Assembly: GCA_963719945.1 (NCBI GenBank)
Contig: CAVRDX010000001.1
Coordinates: forward strand, 672,001-736,000
Direction: 5' to 3'
Origin: an uncultured Thermoplasmata archaeon
GTDB lineage: Archaea > Thermoplasmatota > Thermoplasmata > UBA10834
DNA length: 64,000 nucleotides
The notes beneath the pieces are model-generated. The model did not search any database and had not been told where the DNA came from. It saw only the letters and a program-made list of their open reading frames with translations. Below, piece by piece: positions 49,703 to 59,752 of this stretch; the stretch's first letter is position 1; each line of letters starts with the position of its first letter. The position numbers and the translations under genes were made by a program.

Positions 49703-52039
49703 ATGACCGCTAGCAGGCTTTATGCTCGTCGAGATGTCCCGTTCGAACTCACGGACATCAATCTCAAGGATGCGACCGACGAAGAGCTCCTGGACATCAG
49801 CAGCGAGAGCGGGACCGGTCTGTCGCTGGACGAGATGCACCGGGTAAGGGAGTATTTCATCGGAAAGGGCCGTAACCCGACCGATGTTGAGCTCCAGTCA
49901 ATCGGCCAGGCATGGAGCGAACATTGTTGTTACAAGAGTTCGAAGGTATTCTTGAAGGAGTATGTATTCGGCATCAATACCCGGCATGTCATCGACCGAG
50001 GGGATGCTGGAGTCATGGAATTCGACAGGGACCACGCGTATGCCCTGAGGGTTGAGAGCCACAATCACCCGAGTGCGGTCGAGCCCTACGGTGGAGCAGC
50101 GACCGGTATCGGTGGCATAATCCGCGACGTCCTGTGCATGGGAGCTCAACCCATTGCATTGGTTGACCCTCTTTACTTTGGCCCACTTGACCTTCCATTC
50201 AACAAACTGCCGCCAGGGATCAAACATCCAAAGTACCTGTTCAGCGGAGTGGTCGCAGGGATAAGGGATTATGGGAACAGGGTGGGACTCCCGACCGTTT
50301 CTGGCGGAGTCTGGTTCGATGACGGCTATATCGGGAACTGCCTGGTCAATGTCGGATGCGTTGGCATCGCCGACAAGAAAGACATCCGCAGGAATGCGGT
50401 CAGGGGGCCGGGAGACATACTCGTCCTCGTAGGAGGACGGACCGGGCGGGATGGCATACACGGAGTCACATTTGCTTCGGCCGTGCTCACGAAGGAGAGC
50501 GAGACCGAATCCAGGGGAGCCGTCCAGCTGGGCGACCCGATCACGAAGGAGCCGGTCATACATGCGGTGCTGGAAGCGAATGAGAGAGGATTGATCAATG
50601 GCATGAAGGACCTCGGCGGAGGAGGCCTGTCATGCGTCGTCGGCGAGATAGCACTCTCAGGAGGCTGTGGCGCCGATGTGGAGCTATCGAAGGTTCCGCT
50701 CAAGGAGGATGGCCTCGCGCCATGGGAGATATGGGTCTCAGAATCACAGGAACGCATGATGCTTTCCGTATCACCCAAGAACCTCGAGGACTTGCTCCAT
50801 GTATTCAAGAAATGGGATGTGCTGGCGACCCCCGTCGCCAAAGTCATCCCCGAGAAGGTAGTGAGACTCGTATTCCAAGGCACGAAGGTCTTCGATGTCG
50901 AACTGGAGTTCCTTACCACGGGGCCCCTCTACTGCAGACCGTGCAGCATAGCGAGTGAGAAGAGGCCCAGAAAAGAAAAACATCCGAAGGCGAAGCTGAG
51001 ATACGACCGGGAACTACTCAAGCTCCTGTCGACCCCCAACATATGCAGCAAGGAGTGGGTCATCAGACAGTACGATCACGAGGTCCGAGCGAACACGGTC
51101 ATAAAACCGTTGCATGGAGAGATCGGACATTGGAGCCACGGCGACGCGTCAGTCATGAAACCTGTCGAAGAATCGTTCAGGGGTCTGGCGATCGCCACTG
51201 CATCGAACCCATACGCTGTCGGAGCCGACCCGTATAGAGGCGGGAAGACTTGTGTGGATGAAGTGTGTAGAAACCTGGCAGCTGTTGGTGCGAGACCGCA
51301 TTCCATGACCGATTGCCTCAATTTCGGAAACCCGGAGAAGCCCGATAGACTCTGGGCTTTCAGGGAGGCGGTCAAGGGAATAGGCGAGGTCGCCGGAGCG
51401 CTGAACATCCCGATACCGTCAGGCAACGTCAGCTTCTACAACGAATCACAGACAGGATCCGTTCTCCCGACGCCTACGATAATGGGGTGTGGGATAGTGC
51501 GAGACATACGCAAATGTGTCACATCTGACCTCAAGGAAGAAGGAAACAGCATAGCCCTCATAGGCACGACATCGCCCGAGATGGGCGCATCTTCATACTA
51601 TCGAATGACCAAGAACTGGTCCAAGAACGTGCCTGACGTCGATATCGCATCCCTCAAGGCGGGCATAGAAGTGGTCGTCGGAGGCATAGAACGAGGAGCC
51701 ATAGTCTCCTGCCACGACATCTCTGACGGCGGACTGGCAGTGGCGCTAGCAGAGATGTGCATAGGTGGGAATATAGGATGCCAAGTCGACCTGACTAGAC
51801 TAGGGGATATGAGGAACGATGCCAAGCTCTTCTCCGAGAGCAACAGTCGGTGGCTGGTCGAACTCAGAAAGGGCAAGGAGAAGCTGATGCCGAAGGACAG
51901 GAAGGCAAAGATGACAAAGATCGGCTCGGTCCAGGGAGATTCCCTATTCATATCATCATCCGACAAGACACTCATAGAGCTCGGAACCGACAAGATCGCC
52001 AAGAGCTTCAACGAACCGCTCTGGAGGCTGGTAGGATGA
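49703..52039 (+). CDS. purL: FGAM synthase subunit PurL
   Basis: WSEHC, ESHNHPS, SESQERM, NFGNPE, HDISDGG. Confidence 0.97.
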   Translation: MTASRLYARRDVPFELTDINLKDATDEELLDISSESGTGLSLDEMHRVREYFIGKGRNPTDVELQSIGQAWSEHCCYKSSKVFLKEYVFGINTRHVIDRGDAGVMEFDRDHAYALRVESHNHPSAVEPYGGAATGIGGIIRDVLCMGAQPIALVDPLYFGPLDLPFNKLPPGIKHPKYLFSGVVAGIRDYGNRVGLPTVSGGVWFDDGYIGNCLVNVGCVGIADKKDIRRNAVRGPGDILVLVGGRTGRDGIHGVTFASAVLTKESETESRGAVQLGDPITKEPVIHAVLEANERGLINGMKDLGGGGLSCVVGEIALSGGCGADVELSKVPLKEDGLAPWEIWVSESQERMMLSVSPKNLEDLLHVFKKWDVLATPVAKVIPEKVVRLVFQGTKVFDVELEFLTTGPLYCRPCSIASEKRPRKEKHPKAKLRYDRELLKLLSTPNICSKEWVIRQYDHEVRANTVIKPLHGEIGHWSHGDASVMKPVEESFRGLAIATASNPYAVGADPYRGGKTCVDEVCRNLAAVGARPHSMTDCLNFGNPEKPDRLWAFREAVKGIGEVAGALNIPIPSGNVSFYNESQTGSVLPTPTIMGCGIVRDIRKCVTSDLKEEGNSIALIGTTSPEMGASSYYRMTKNWSKNVPDVDIASLKAGIEVVVGGIERGAIVSCHDISDGGLAVALAEMCIGGNIGCQVDLTRLGDMRNDAKLFSESNSRWLVELRKGKEKLMPKDRKAKMTKIGSVQGDSLFISSSDKTLIELGTDKIAKSFNEPLWRLVG

Positions 52040-52866
52040 AGATCTCGCAAGTCAAGGTATGCGTCCTCAGGATAGAGGGCACAAACTGCGAGGAGGAGAT
52101 GTTCCTCTCGTTCAAGAGGCTTGGAGCTAAGCCCGAAAAGGTCCACCTGAAACAACTGACGGGTACCGATGTCACCCCTGAGGAGAAGAGGTCTCTCTCG
52201 GACTATCACATATTAGCACTTCCAGGTGGTTTCTCGGCCGGAGACTACGTGCGCGCAGGCGCCATATTTGCCGCGCGCATGAAGAGCAGACTCTCCGGGG
52301 ACCTGGTAGATTTCGTCAAGTCCGGGAAACCCGTGCTTGGGATATGCAACGGATTCCAGATACTCGTGGAGCTTGGGCTCCTGCCCGCAATGTCTGGCAT
52401 CATGTCAGATGTCCCAGAGGCAGTGCTCGGAACCAACGATTCCGCAAGGTTCGAGTGCAGGCCTACACTCCTGAAGAAGGTGAACAGGGGCAGCTGCGTG
52501 TTCACCACCAAGATACCGGCCGATAAGATATCCATGATCCCCTCGGCGCATGCAGAAGGGAAGCTCATGTTCTCCATGGAGAACCAGACAAAGATATTGA
52601 AAGAGCTCGAGGACAACGATCAGATCGTGTTCAAGTATGTGGACCCAGAAGGGAACATCGCTGGATACCCATGGTGCCCGAACGGTGCCACTGATAACAT
52701 CGCTGGAATATGCAACAAAGACGGCACGGTATTCGGCATGATGCCCCATCCCGAGAGGGTATTCTTCAGATACTCCCATCCAGACTGGACGCGAAATCCA
52801 GATGGACCTGGAGATGGACGAGCGTTCTTTGAATCCGTCCTAGAATACGCTTCGAAAAAGCTCTGA
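52036..52866 (+). CDS. purQ: FGAM synthase subunit PurQ
   Basis: GTNCE, PGGFSAGD, GICNGFQ, MPHPER. Confidence 0.97.
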   Translation: MKISQVKVCVLRIEGTNCEEEMFLSFKRLGAKPEKVHLKQLTGTDVTPEEKRSLSDYHILALPGGFSAGDYVRAGAIFAARMKSRLSGDLVDFVKSGKPVLGICNGFQILVELGLLPAMSGIMSDVPEAVLGTNDSARFECRPTLLKKVNRGSCVFTTKIPADKISMIPSAHAEGKLMFSMENQTKILKELEDNDQIVFKYVDPEGNIAGYPWCPNGATDNIAGICNKDGTVFGMMPHPERVFFRYSHPDWTRNPDGPGDGRAFFESVLEYASKKL

Positions 52867-52873
52867 AGACCGA

Positions 52874-53530
52874 TCACAATGAGACTATGAGTTCTACCTG
52901 GTCTCCGTCCTTCAGGCCGAGAGAGCGTCTCAGATGGTACTTGCAGATTACCTCTATGATATCTATGTGGTGAGAGCGCACAGGCAGAACGACCGCGCAT
53001 TCCATGTTCCTGATCGTCGCAAGGAAACACTTGACATCCCCGAAGGTCCTTCCCTCCTTCTCGAACCCCTTGATGAGGATCCCTTCGGACTTCTTCAGTA
53101 TCTCGAGCTTGGATAGCTCGTGCTGGTCGGTCCTGAGGTTCAAAGTGCCTTCATATGGCTTGAACCATAGTTTCTTCTGAAACTGCTCGGTGTAACCTTC
53201 CTGATTGACATAGTATTGACCTTCGCCGATACCAGATGTTATGGTGCCGAGGATTACCAGATGGTCCTTCATCTCGAATATCCTCTGATAATCCGAGTAT
53301 TCCTTTCTCAGGAGGTCGAACCCCTTGTCTGTAAGCTTGATCCTCTGCCTCCTCGCGCCGAGGTCCCGTTCGATCAGGCCCTCGCCCAGGAGTTCAAGGA
53401 TCTTCTTAGAAGCGGACTGTTGACTTATCTCGAGCACGTTTCCGAGCTCGCGAGAGGAAATCGCAATGTAATCATGCACACCGCCCATGAGGGCTATGTG
53501 CTTGAGCGTCGCAATCTGCTTTTCATGCAT
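52874..53530 (-). CDS. ribK: CTP-dependent riboflavin kinase with N-terminal winged helix
   Basis: wHTH (ISQQSAS), SGIGEGQYY, PYEGTLN. Confidence 0.92.
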   Translation of the reverse strand: MHEKQIATLKHIALMGGVHDYIAISSRELGNVLEISQQSASKKILELLGEGLIERDLGARRQRIKLTDKGFDLLRKEYSDYQRIFEMKDHLVILGTITSGIGEGQYYVNQEGYTEQFQKKLWFKPYEGTLNLRTDQHELSKLEILKKSEGILIKGFEKEGRTFGDVKCFLATIRNMECAVVLPVRSHHIDIIEVICKYHLRRSLGLKDGDQVELIVSL

Positions 53531-53635
53531 GGCGTTTTCCGATAAGCGATGGTCGATAAATAGCTTTTCGACGAATGACCGTGTGACCTCTGAGGAGAAT
53601 TGAGCGATAATCGTCAGAAATGCCGCACAACATCG

Positions 53636-54004
53636 TTATTCTATCCCGTGCGGATTGAATATCAAATATCTGCCCGATCTGAGGCGCACGACAGGTATGT
53701 TCTCTGCCCTCAGACGAGAGATGAGCTCACGATCGTTCGTCAGCACAGCGGCGGAACGGTCTCTTGCGACGGATAGAACAGCATCGTCCCCACGCATCGA
53801 TGTCTCCACGATGACATACTTCTTGGCCAGGGCCATGGCAGCCTTTGCATGCTTGTCATGGATGTTCGACAGTTCACCTATGACCGAGCTCGGCACCAGG
53901 ACCGGGATCTCACCGAAAAGCCGCTTAAGCTCTCTATCCAGATGTATCTTGAACTGAAAAGGCATCAACAACGCGTTGGCATCGAGTACGACTGAGCTTA
54001 TCAT
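53636..54004 (-). CDS. PIN-domain protein (Fcf1/Utp24-like)
   Basis: VLDANAL, VIGEL, GDDAV, TNDREL; downstream of aIF2-gamma. Confidence 0.88.
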   Translation of the reverse strand: MISSVVLDANALLMPFQFKIHLDRELKRLFGEIPVLVPSSVIGELSNIHDKHAKAAMALAKKYVIVETSMRGDDAVLSVARDRSAAVLTNDRELISRLRAENIPVVRLRSGRYLIFNPHGIE

Positions 54005-54014
54005 CCAAATCACC

Positions 54015-55250
54015 TCAGGAGGTGACTGTGCCGTAGCCGATGAGCCGCCATTTGCCGGTTATGCGCCTTGAGATAGCTATCCTCTGGCCCTTCTCCGCGC
54101 ATACTGGGATCTTCAAAGAAATATCGGCGGAATCGGTCCTTCCGCTCGTGACGACTCCCACGGTTGTAGCTGTACCCACGCTCAGCATGAGAGGCTCATT
54201 CGTCTTGAGATTCTCAACGGCCAGCTCAGATGAGACTCCGACGACACGCTTCATCAGAGTGGTTTCTATCGTGAAGGAATTACGGATCTCTGGCAGGGTC
54301 TTTGGTATGCCAGCTATCCGACCGACTAGAGAATCCGATTTCGTGACGACTGGATCGAGCCCGGTGCCGATTGCGATGAGGCCACCTGGACCTGCTTCCT
54401 CCAGTTTGAGACTTCCTGCGAACAGGGATCGAACCTGCGTGACTATCGGCTCCCAAGTCACCCCTTTGCTCGTCTCCACCTTCCGCCCTGGACGTACTTC
54501 GATATCGTCGCCGACGCGGAGCTTGCCCTGGATAAGAGAACCACCAATGACACCCCCTCTGAGCTTGTCTATCTTCGTGCCTGGAGGGTTCACGTCGAAC
54601 GACCTTGCGATGTACATCCTTGCGGGCTTGTTGAGATCCCATTTGGGAGTCGGGATGTTCTTCTCGATCGCCATTATTAGCATGTCGATGTTGACATCGT
54701 GATGTGCAGAGATCGGGATGATAGGTGCGTTCTCGGCGAATGTGCCCTTAACGAACGCCTTGATCTCCTTGTAGTTCGCTCTTGCCTCCTCCTTGGAGAC
54801 AAGGTCGATCTTGTTCTGGACCAGTATGATTTTTTCAACGCCGATTATTGACAGCGCCATCAGATGCTCCCTGGTCTGTGGCTGGGGGCAACTCTCGTTA
54901 GCTGCTATCAGCAACAGCGCGCCGTTCATTATCGCTGCGCCGGACAACATGGTGGCCATGAGTGTCTCGTGGCCGGGTGCGTCAACGAAGGACACGGTCC
55001 TCAGCATCTCGCACTCGCCGCCGCAGCTCGCGCACGTCGGCTTGTTGGAATAACATTCTGGCTCGCTGCAAGTCTTGCATTTGTAGAACGCGGTATCGGC
55101 ATAGCCGAGCCTTATCGATATGCCCCTCTTGACTTCCTCAGAATGACGGTCAGTCATCTCCCCTGTCAGAGCCTTCGTCAGCATAGTCTTGCCATGGTCG
55201 ACGTGGCCGATCATGCCAATGTTGGTCTCGGGTTGGGATGGGACAATCAT
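54015..55250 (-). CDS. eif2g: Translation initiation factor aIF2 gamma subunit
   Basis: [17 protein letters not shown], zinc knuckle, DAPGHE, QNKID, WRLIGYG. Confidence 0.97.
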   Translation of the reverse strand: MIVPSQPETNIGMIGHVDHGKTMLTKALTGEMTDRHSEEVKRGISIRLGYADTAFYKCKTCSEPECYSNKPTCASCGGECEMLRTVSFVDAPGHETLMATMLSGAAIMNGALLLIAANESCPQPQTREHLMALSIIGVEKIILVQNKIDLVSKEEARANYKEIKAFVKGTFAENAPIIPISAHHDVNIDMLIMAIEKNIPTPKWDLNKPARMYIARSFDVNPPGTKIDKLRGGVIGGSLIQGKLRVGDDIEVRPGRKVETSKGVTWEPIVTQVRSLFAGSLKLEEAGPGGLIAIGTGLDPVVTKSDSLVGRIAGIPKTLPEIRNSFTIETTLMKRVVGVSSELAVENLKTNEPLMLSVGTATTVGVVTSGRTDSADISLKIPVCAEKGQRIAISRRITGKWRLIGYGTVTS

Positions 55251-55645
55251 TATTCCTTCTTCTCCTCGGTCTTCATGAGCTCAGCTGTGGGCTTCATGCC
55301 ATGGGCGGTGATCTTGAAGTTTATCTGGATAGTGTCCGGGGCGATGGTGTTGCCACGAACATTCTTCTTCTTCCGGAGACCGCCCTCCTGCGCGTTGAAA
55401 CCTATGCTCTTCGAGATGAGGAGCTTCTTTCTTCTTGGACCGGGCAGGTCCTTCCTCATGGGGAACCCGTCCTTATCGCTACCACCGGTGATCTGGAGCT
55501 TGTACCCGGGAAGGCCCACAAATATCCCGTCGATGACTTCGCCTATCTTCTTGCCGATCAAGGAGTTCGCATGATGTCCTGCCACGGCTGCCTGATATGA
55601 CTTACCATCTTTGGGGTCGCTGATGACGGCTTTGAATTCTGCCAA
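55250..55645 (-). CDS. rps6e: 30S ribosomal protein S6e
   Basis: [19 protein letters not shown]; TTG start. Confidence 0.97.
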   Translation of the reverse strand: MAEFKAVISDPKDGKSYQAAVAGHHANSLIGKKIGEVIDGIFVGLPGYKLQITGGSDKDGFPMRKDLPGPRRKKLLISKSIGFNAQEGGLRKKKNVRGNTIAPDTIQINFKITAHGMKPTAELMKTEEKKE

Positions 55646-55806
55646 AGAATCAACTCCACTTTTGCAAGACGCCCTAATGCGAAAGGGATTATATAGGTTT
55701 CGGGGGCGGTAGATGACTCTGGTTGCCCCTGATCGGTTCCAATGAAAACCGGATTAGTCGATACGGTTAAGCTAATAACGATAGATGCGAGTGCTGCAGT
55801 GATCAT

Positions 55807-56133
55807 ATGATGAGGATCTCAAGAGAAGCTCTCAAGGAAATGATCGATCGCAATGAAGATCAGTTCACACTCGTAGATGCGCGCGAAGAAAGGGCGTTCG
55901 AGAAGGAACACATTCCGGGAGCAATATCCATCCCATCCAGCCAGCTGGGTGAGAACGCCCTTGGACGCCTGGGCAAGGATCAGACCATCGTCACTTATTG
56001 TTCGAACACCCAGTGCGAGGCGAGCACCATCGCGGCCGAGAAACTCGAGAAATACGGATACGAGAGGGTGATGGTGTTCAAGGGAGGGTTGAAGAACTGG
56101 AAGGATGCGGGATATGCGACTGAGACGGCTTGA
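55807..56133 (+). CDS. Rhodanese-like domain protein
   Basis: VDARE, HIPGA, TYC, GGL..W. Confidence 0.9.
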   Translation: MMRISREALKEMIDRNEDQFTLVDAREERAFEKEHIPGAISIPSSQLGENALGRLGKDQTIVTYCSNTQCEASTIAAEKLEKYGYERVMVFKGGLKNWKDAGYATETA

Positions 56134-57888
56134 TCATCGGCCCCAGAACGGCTTGTCCTTCCTCTTTATCTCGGCGATCTTCTCGAAGACCTCTATCTCG
56201 TCCTGCTTCAGCCCGAACTTCTCAAGCTGGAGAGCATGGCTCCCAGGTATGTCGACATAGAGAATATCCTCGACATCGATCTGCCTGCCCACCGTGACAT
56301 CGTCGATCGCTATGGCCACTTCGCTGCCGGCCAGGGCCTCCGGAACCGAATTCTCGCCGCTCCGGATGCTCTTTATCTTGCCTATCGGGCGTCCGTCGTC
56401 CTTCATCAGACCATGACCCGACCGAATCCGTCCTGCGAGCACTCTGACACCGACAATCGCGGGTTTGCTCACGCGGAACACATGATCCCTCAGTATCAGG
56501 ATCTTTCCTGGGAAGACTATCTCGAGACGCTTTTCCACCTCGAGCGCGCGTGACCGCACCTCGCACCACGCCTTGTACTCATCCAGCAGGCGGTAGATGA
56601 CAGCGTTCTCGAACATCCTGACCCCTGTGGAGTCCAGCTCAGCCTGAACATCGGGGTTCGATCCCGCATTGAAATTGAATATGACCCTGTGGAGAGGGTC
56701 CTCGAAGTTCGATGCTTCCATGACATCCTTCCTCGTCACCTTTCCTATGCCGACCTTCCGTATGGGCAGTTCCGCATTCTTCGCCTCGAAGACGAGCGCT
56801 TCGAGCGACCCTATCGCATCCCCGCGGACGATGATGCCCTCACTAGCCAGCTCCACATTCAGTTCGCTGACCTTTCTGACCGCGTCCATCAGCTCCTCGA
56901 CGTTCTCGTTCGCGACGCGTAGGATACCACCAGCCATGGAATTCTCGAGGTTCTGGGCAACTATCCGTATCCCAGCTGCTGCGGATACCGTTTTGACCTG
57001 GTCGAATCTCTGCGAAGGATCTCTGATCTCATCCAGAGGTCTAGGTCTCAGCAGGGCCCGCACCTTGGTGAGTATCGGATCGCCTTTGACGGAAGTGATC
57101 AGGATCTGATCGCCGACATTGATGATACCTTTGTAGATGATGGTGTCCAATATGGTCCCAAGGCCCTGTTCCTCCTTTACTTCGAGCACTGTGCCTTCAG
57201 CAGGGCCATACTCGGTCTTCAGCTCGACGTCCAGGAACTTCTGGGCGAGTCCAACGAGCATCAGCAGCAGGTCCGGCAATCCCTCGCCATGCTTCCCACT
57301 TACCGGGACTATGGCGACGCTCTTGGTGAAATCGGTTATGTGATCGAACCGTTCGGCGCTCAGCCCGGTCTTCTCGAATATCTTCCCAGCGATGTTGTAT
57401 ATGCGCTGGTCCATATCCTCGACGACCCTTGGGTCCTGGAGAGCCAGAGATTCAGCAATCGTCATATCCGCGTGCACACGCCAGCCCATGAGACGGTCGA
57501 CTTTGTTGGCCGCTATAACGAACGGAGTGCGCAATTTCTTCAGGATATTGATCGACTCGAGTGTCTGCGGCTTCATGCCCTCGTTGATATCGATCACGAG
57601 GATTGCTAGGTCGGCCAACGCCCCCCCTCGGGTTCTGAGAGATGCGAATGAATAGTGTCCGGGTGTGTCGATGAACAGAAGACCTGGCACCATGAACTTT
57701 CTGTCACCAATGAGTGGACGACAGAGCTCGTAGATGGTCTCTATCGGAACATCCGTCGCACCTATGTGTTGGGTGATCCCGCCCGCCTCGCGGGACACCA
57801 CCTTGGTGCCCCTGATTCTGTCAAGGATAGTAGATTTGCCATGGTCAACATGGCCCATGACCGAAACTATGGGCTGCCGTATCGTCAC
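56134..57888 (-). CDS. infB: Translation initiation factor IF-2 (aIF5B)
   Basis: GHVDHGKS, EAGGITQHIGA, DTPGH, NKVD; GTG start. Confidence 0.97.
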   Translation of the reverse strand: MTIRQPIVSVMGHVDHGKSTILDRIRGTKVVSREAGGITQHIGATDVPIETIYELCRPLIGDRKFMVPGLLFIDTPGHYSFASLRTRGGALADLAILVIDINEGMKPQTLESINILKKLRTPFVIAANKVDRLMGWRVHADMTIAESLALQDPRVVEDMDQRIYNIAGKIFEKTGLSAERFDHITDFTKSVAIVPVSGKHGEGLPDLLLMLVGLAQKFLDVELKTEYGPAEGTVLEVKEEQGLGTILDTIIYKGIINVGDQILITSVKGDPILTKVRALLRPRPLDEIRDPSQRFDQVKTVSAAAGIRIVAQNLENSMAGGILRVANENVEELMDAVRKVSELNVELASEGIIVRGDAIGSLEALVFEAKNAELPIRKVGIGKVTRKDVMEASNFEDPLHRVIFNFNAGSNPDVQAELDSTGVRMFENAVIYRLLDEYKAWCEVRSRALEVEKRLEIVFPGKILILRDHVFRVSKPAIVGVRVLAGRIRSGHGLMKDDGRPIGKIKSIRSGENSVPEALAGSEVAIAIDDVTVGRQIDVEDILYVDIPGSHALQLEKFGLKQDEIEVFEKIAEIKRKDKPFWGR

Positions 57889-57996
57889 GGATTCGCCAAT
57901 CACCCGACGGTATATCAATGTAACTCGGGACTATGCCTGGCTAGCGCTTCATCGAAGACGGTCAAAAACATGTAAGTAAACGGTTTATGGGGTTTG

Positions 57997-58452
57997 TCAC
58001 TTCTCGAACAGCCAACCCTCATCAGCGATTTCGTGCTTCTGAAGCTCGTAATCGTTGAAGAAGAGTTTGATCTCGCGCTTGGCACTCTCGGACGAATCTG
58101 ACCCGTGTATGATGTTCCTGCCAGTCACCTGACCGAAATCCCCTCGGATAGTCCCTGGTGCGGCGTCCTGCGGGTTCGTCTTGCCCATCATGGCCCTTGA
58201 GGCAGCAACACAGTTCTCGCCTTCGAGCACCATGCATACGACCGGACCGGATGTGATATAGGTCAGGAGATCGTCGAAGAATGCTTTTCCCTTGTGCTCC
58301 TCGTAATGCCTCTCCGCGAGCTCTCTGGGTATCCGCATCATCTTCATGGCGACGATCTTGATGCCTCGGTCCTCGAATCTCTGGACGATGCTGCCGATCA
58401 GACCTCGGGAGACACCATCGGGCTTGACCATTGCGAATGTCTTTTCGATCAT
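57997..58452 (-). CDS. ndk: Nucleoside diphosphate kinase
   Basis: [22 protein letters not shown]. Confidence 0.97.
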   Translation of the reverse strand: MIEKTFAMVKPDGVSRGLIGSIVQRFEDRGIKIVAMKMMRIPRELAERHYEEHKGKAFFDDLLTYITSGPVVCMVLEGENCVAASRAMMGKTNPQDAAPGTIRGDFGQVTGRNIIHGSDSSESAKREIKLFFNDYELQKHEIADEGWLFEK

Positions 58453-58871
58453 TCGCTCTTGTCCTCCGCTTTAGCGCCCTTGGACGCAGGGGTCTTCTTG
58501 CTCTTCTTGCCATCATCCTTCTTGGGCGTTTTGACTGCAGCCGCGGCCTTCTCAATCGTCTCAGTCTTCTCAGGGGTCTCCTCTGCCTCGGCCTCTTTCG
58601 GCTCGTCCTTTGCCTCGGCATTCTTGACCTTCTTCACCTTTCGCGTCTTGGCCTCGACCGCTTCGGGCGCCGACTTGAGCCTCAGACCCTTCTCCCGATC
58701 ATAGTACCTTGTCCAAGTTGTCCTGCGCGGAACTCTTCCCAGGTGCACCAGGTTCTTGTGACACTTGGACGAACAGAAGTTATAGATGACGCCGTCCTTC
58801 TTGATATACATGCTACCAGTGCCAGGTTCTATCTCGACACCGCAGAATGTGCAGACTCTTCGCTCTACCAT
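58449..58871 (-). CDS. rpl24e: 50S ribosomal protein L24e with long charged C-terminal extension
   Basis: CTFCG..IEPGTG...FCSSKC. Confidence 0.95.
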   Translation of the reverse strand: MVERRVCTFCGVEIEPGTGSMYIKKDGVIYNFCSSKCHKNLVHLGRVPRRTTWTRYYDREKGLRLKSAPEAVEAKTRKVKKVKNAEAKDEPKEAEAEETPEKTETIEKAAAAVKTPKKDDGKKSKKTPASKGAKAEDKSE

Positions 58872-58903
58872 CGTGAATCACCTCATAGACGGAATGTACT
58901 AAC

Positions 58904-59116
58904 TCAGCGCACGCTGAGCTTCTTAGCTTCCCTCGAGGTCTCCTTGAGCATCAGCACGTCGCCGACCCTTATCGGACCCATGGCGTTCCTCGTTATGATC
59001 CTGCCCTTGTCCCTACCGTCCAGGACCCTAACCTTCACCTGGGTCGCCTCGCCGGTCATGCCGGTCCTTCCAACGACCTCGACAACAGTTGCTGGTATGC
59101 TATCCATGTCAGCCAT
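58904..59116 (-). CDS. rps28e: 30S ribosomal protein S28e
   Basis: [15 protein letters not shown]. Confidence 0.96.
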   Translation of the reverse strand: MADMDSIPATVVEVVGRTGMTGEATQVKVRVLDGRDKGRIITRNAMGPIRVGDVLMLKETSREAKKLSVR

Positions 59117-59125
59117 TTAGGCCAC

Positions 59126-59497
59126 CTACTTCTTCAGCGCCTTCAGCTTCTCTGCGAGTTCGTCGAGCGCGGGCTTTCCCTTTGCCGGGTCGAGAACAGC
59201 GACGGCTGCCGTCGGCTTCTCCAATCCGCATGCGTTACCCAGCTCGGCCTTGCTCGGCACGAAGGCGTATGGAACGTTCTTCTCTTCACAAAGCGCGGGT
59301 ATGTGCATGAGTATCTCGGGCGGTGAGACGTCCTCGGCCATTATGACCATCTGAGTCTCGCCCCTCTCGATGAGCTTCGTGACTTCGTTCGTACCCTTTC
59401 TCAGCTTGCCGCCATCGCGCGCAAGCTCGACAATCTCATATGCCTGGTCTGCAAGTTCCTTCGGCGTCTCGAACTTGACATACACTGCTTTAGCCAA
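59126..59497 (-). CDS. rpl7ae: 50S ribosomal protein L7Ae
   Basis: KGTNEVTK, AEDVSPPEI, ELGNACG; TTG start after GGAGGT. Confidence 0.96.
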   Translation of the reverse strand: MAKAVYVKFETPKELADQAYEIVELARDGGKLRKGTNEVTKLIERGETQMVIMAEDVSPPEILMHIPALCEEKNVPYAFVPSKAELGNACGLEKPTAAVAVLDPAKGKPALDELAEKLKALKK

Positions 59498-59502
59498 TTT
59501 GA

Positions 59503-59545
59503 TACCTCCTTCAGGTGCATTCGCACCGTCATCATTCACAGGCTC
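59503..59545 (-). promoter_or_regulatory. K-turn (box C/D-like) element in the rpl7ae 5' UTR abutting the RBS
   Basis: Minus strand ATGATGA-C-GGTGC-GAAT-GCACC-TGA-AGGAGGT; TATA (TTTTATA) at 59581-59587. Confidence 0.65.
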
Positions 59546-59752
59546 TTCTTGAAAAGAGCAAGGTGATTAAAGGATGGTCATATAAAAGGATTGCTGAACT
59601 TACTCCTGATGTCAGGCATGCTCCAGAGGTTTCATAGATGTACCTCCATAAGAAATGATTGGATATGAGTCTCCAGAGGCTTGCGCCGACTCATTCAGCC
59701 GCCTTGCGATGAAACTATATCGCCGAGGGGCATCCCCTAAAGGGTGTGGCAG

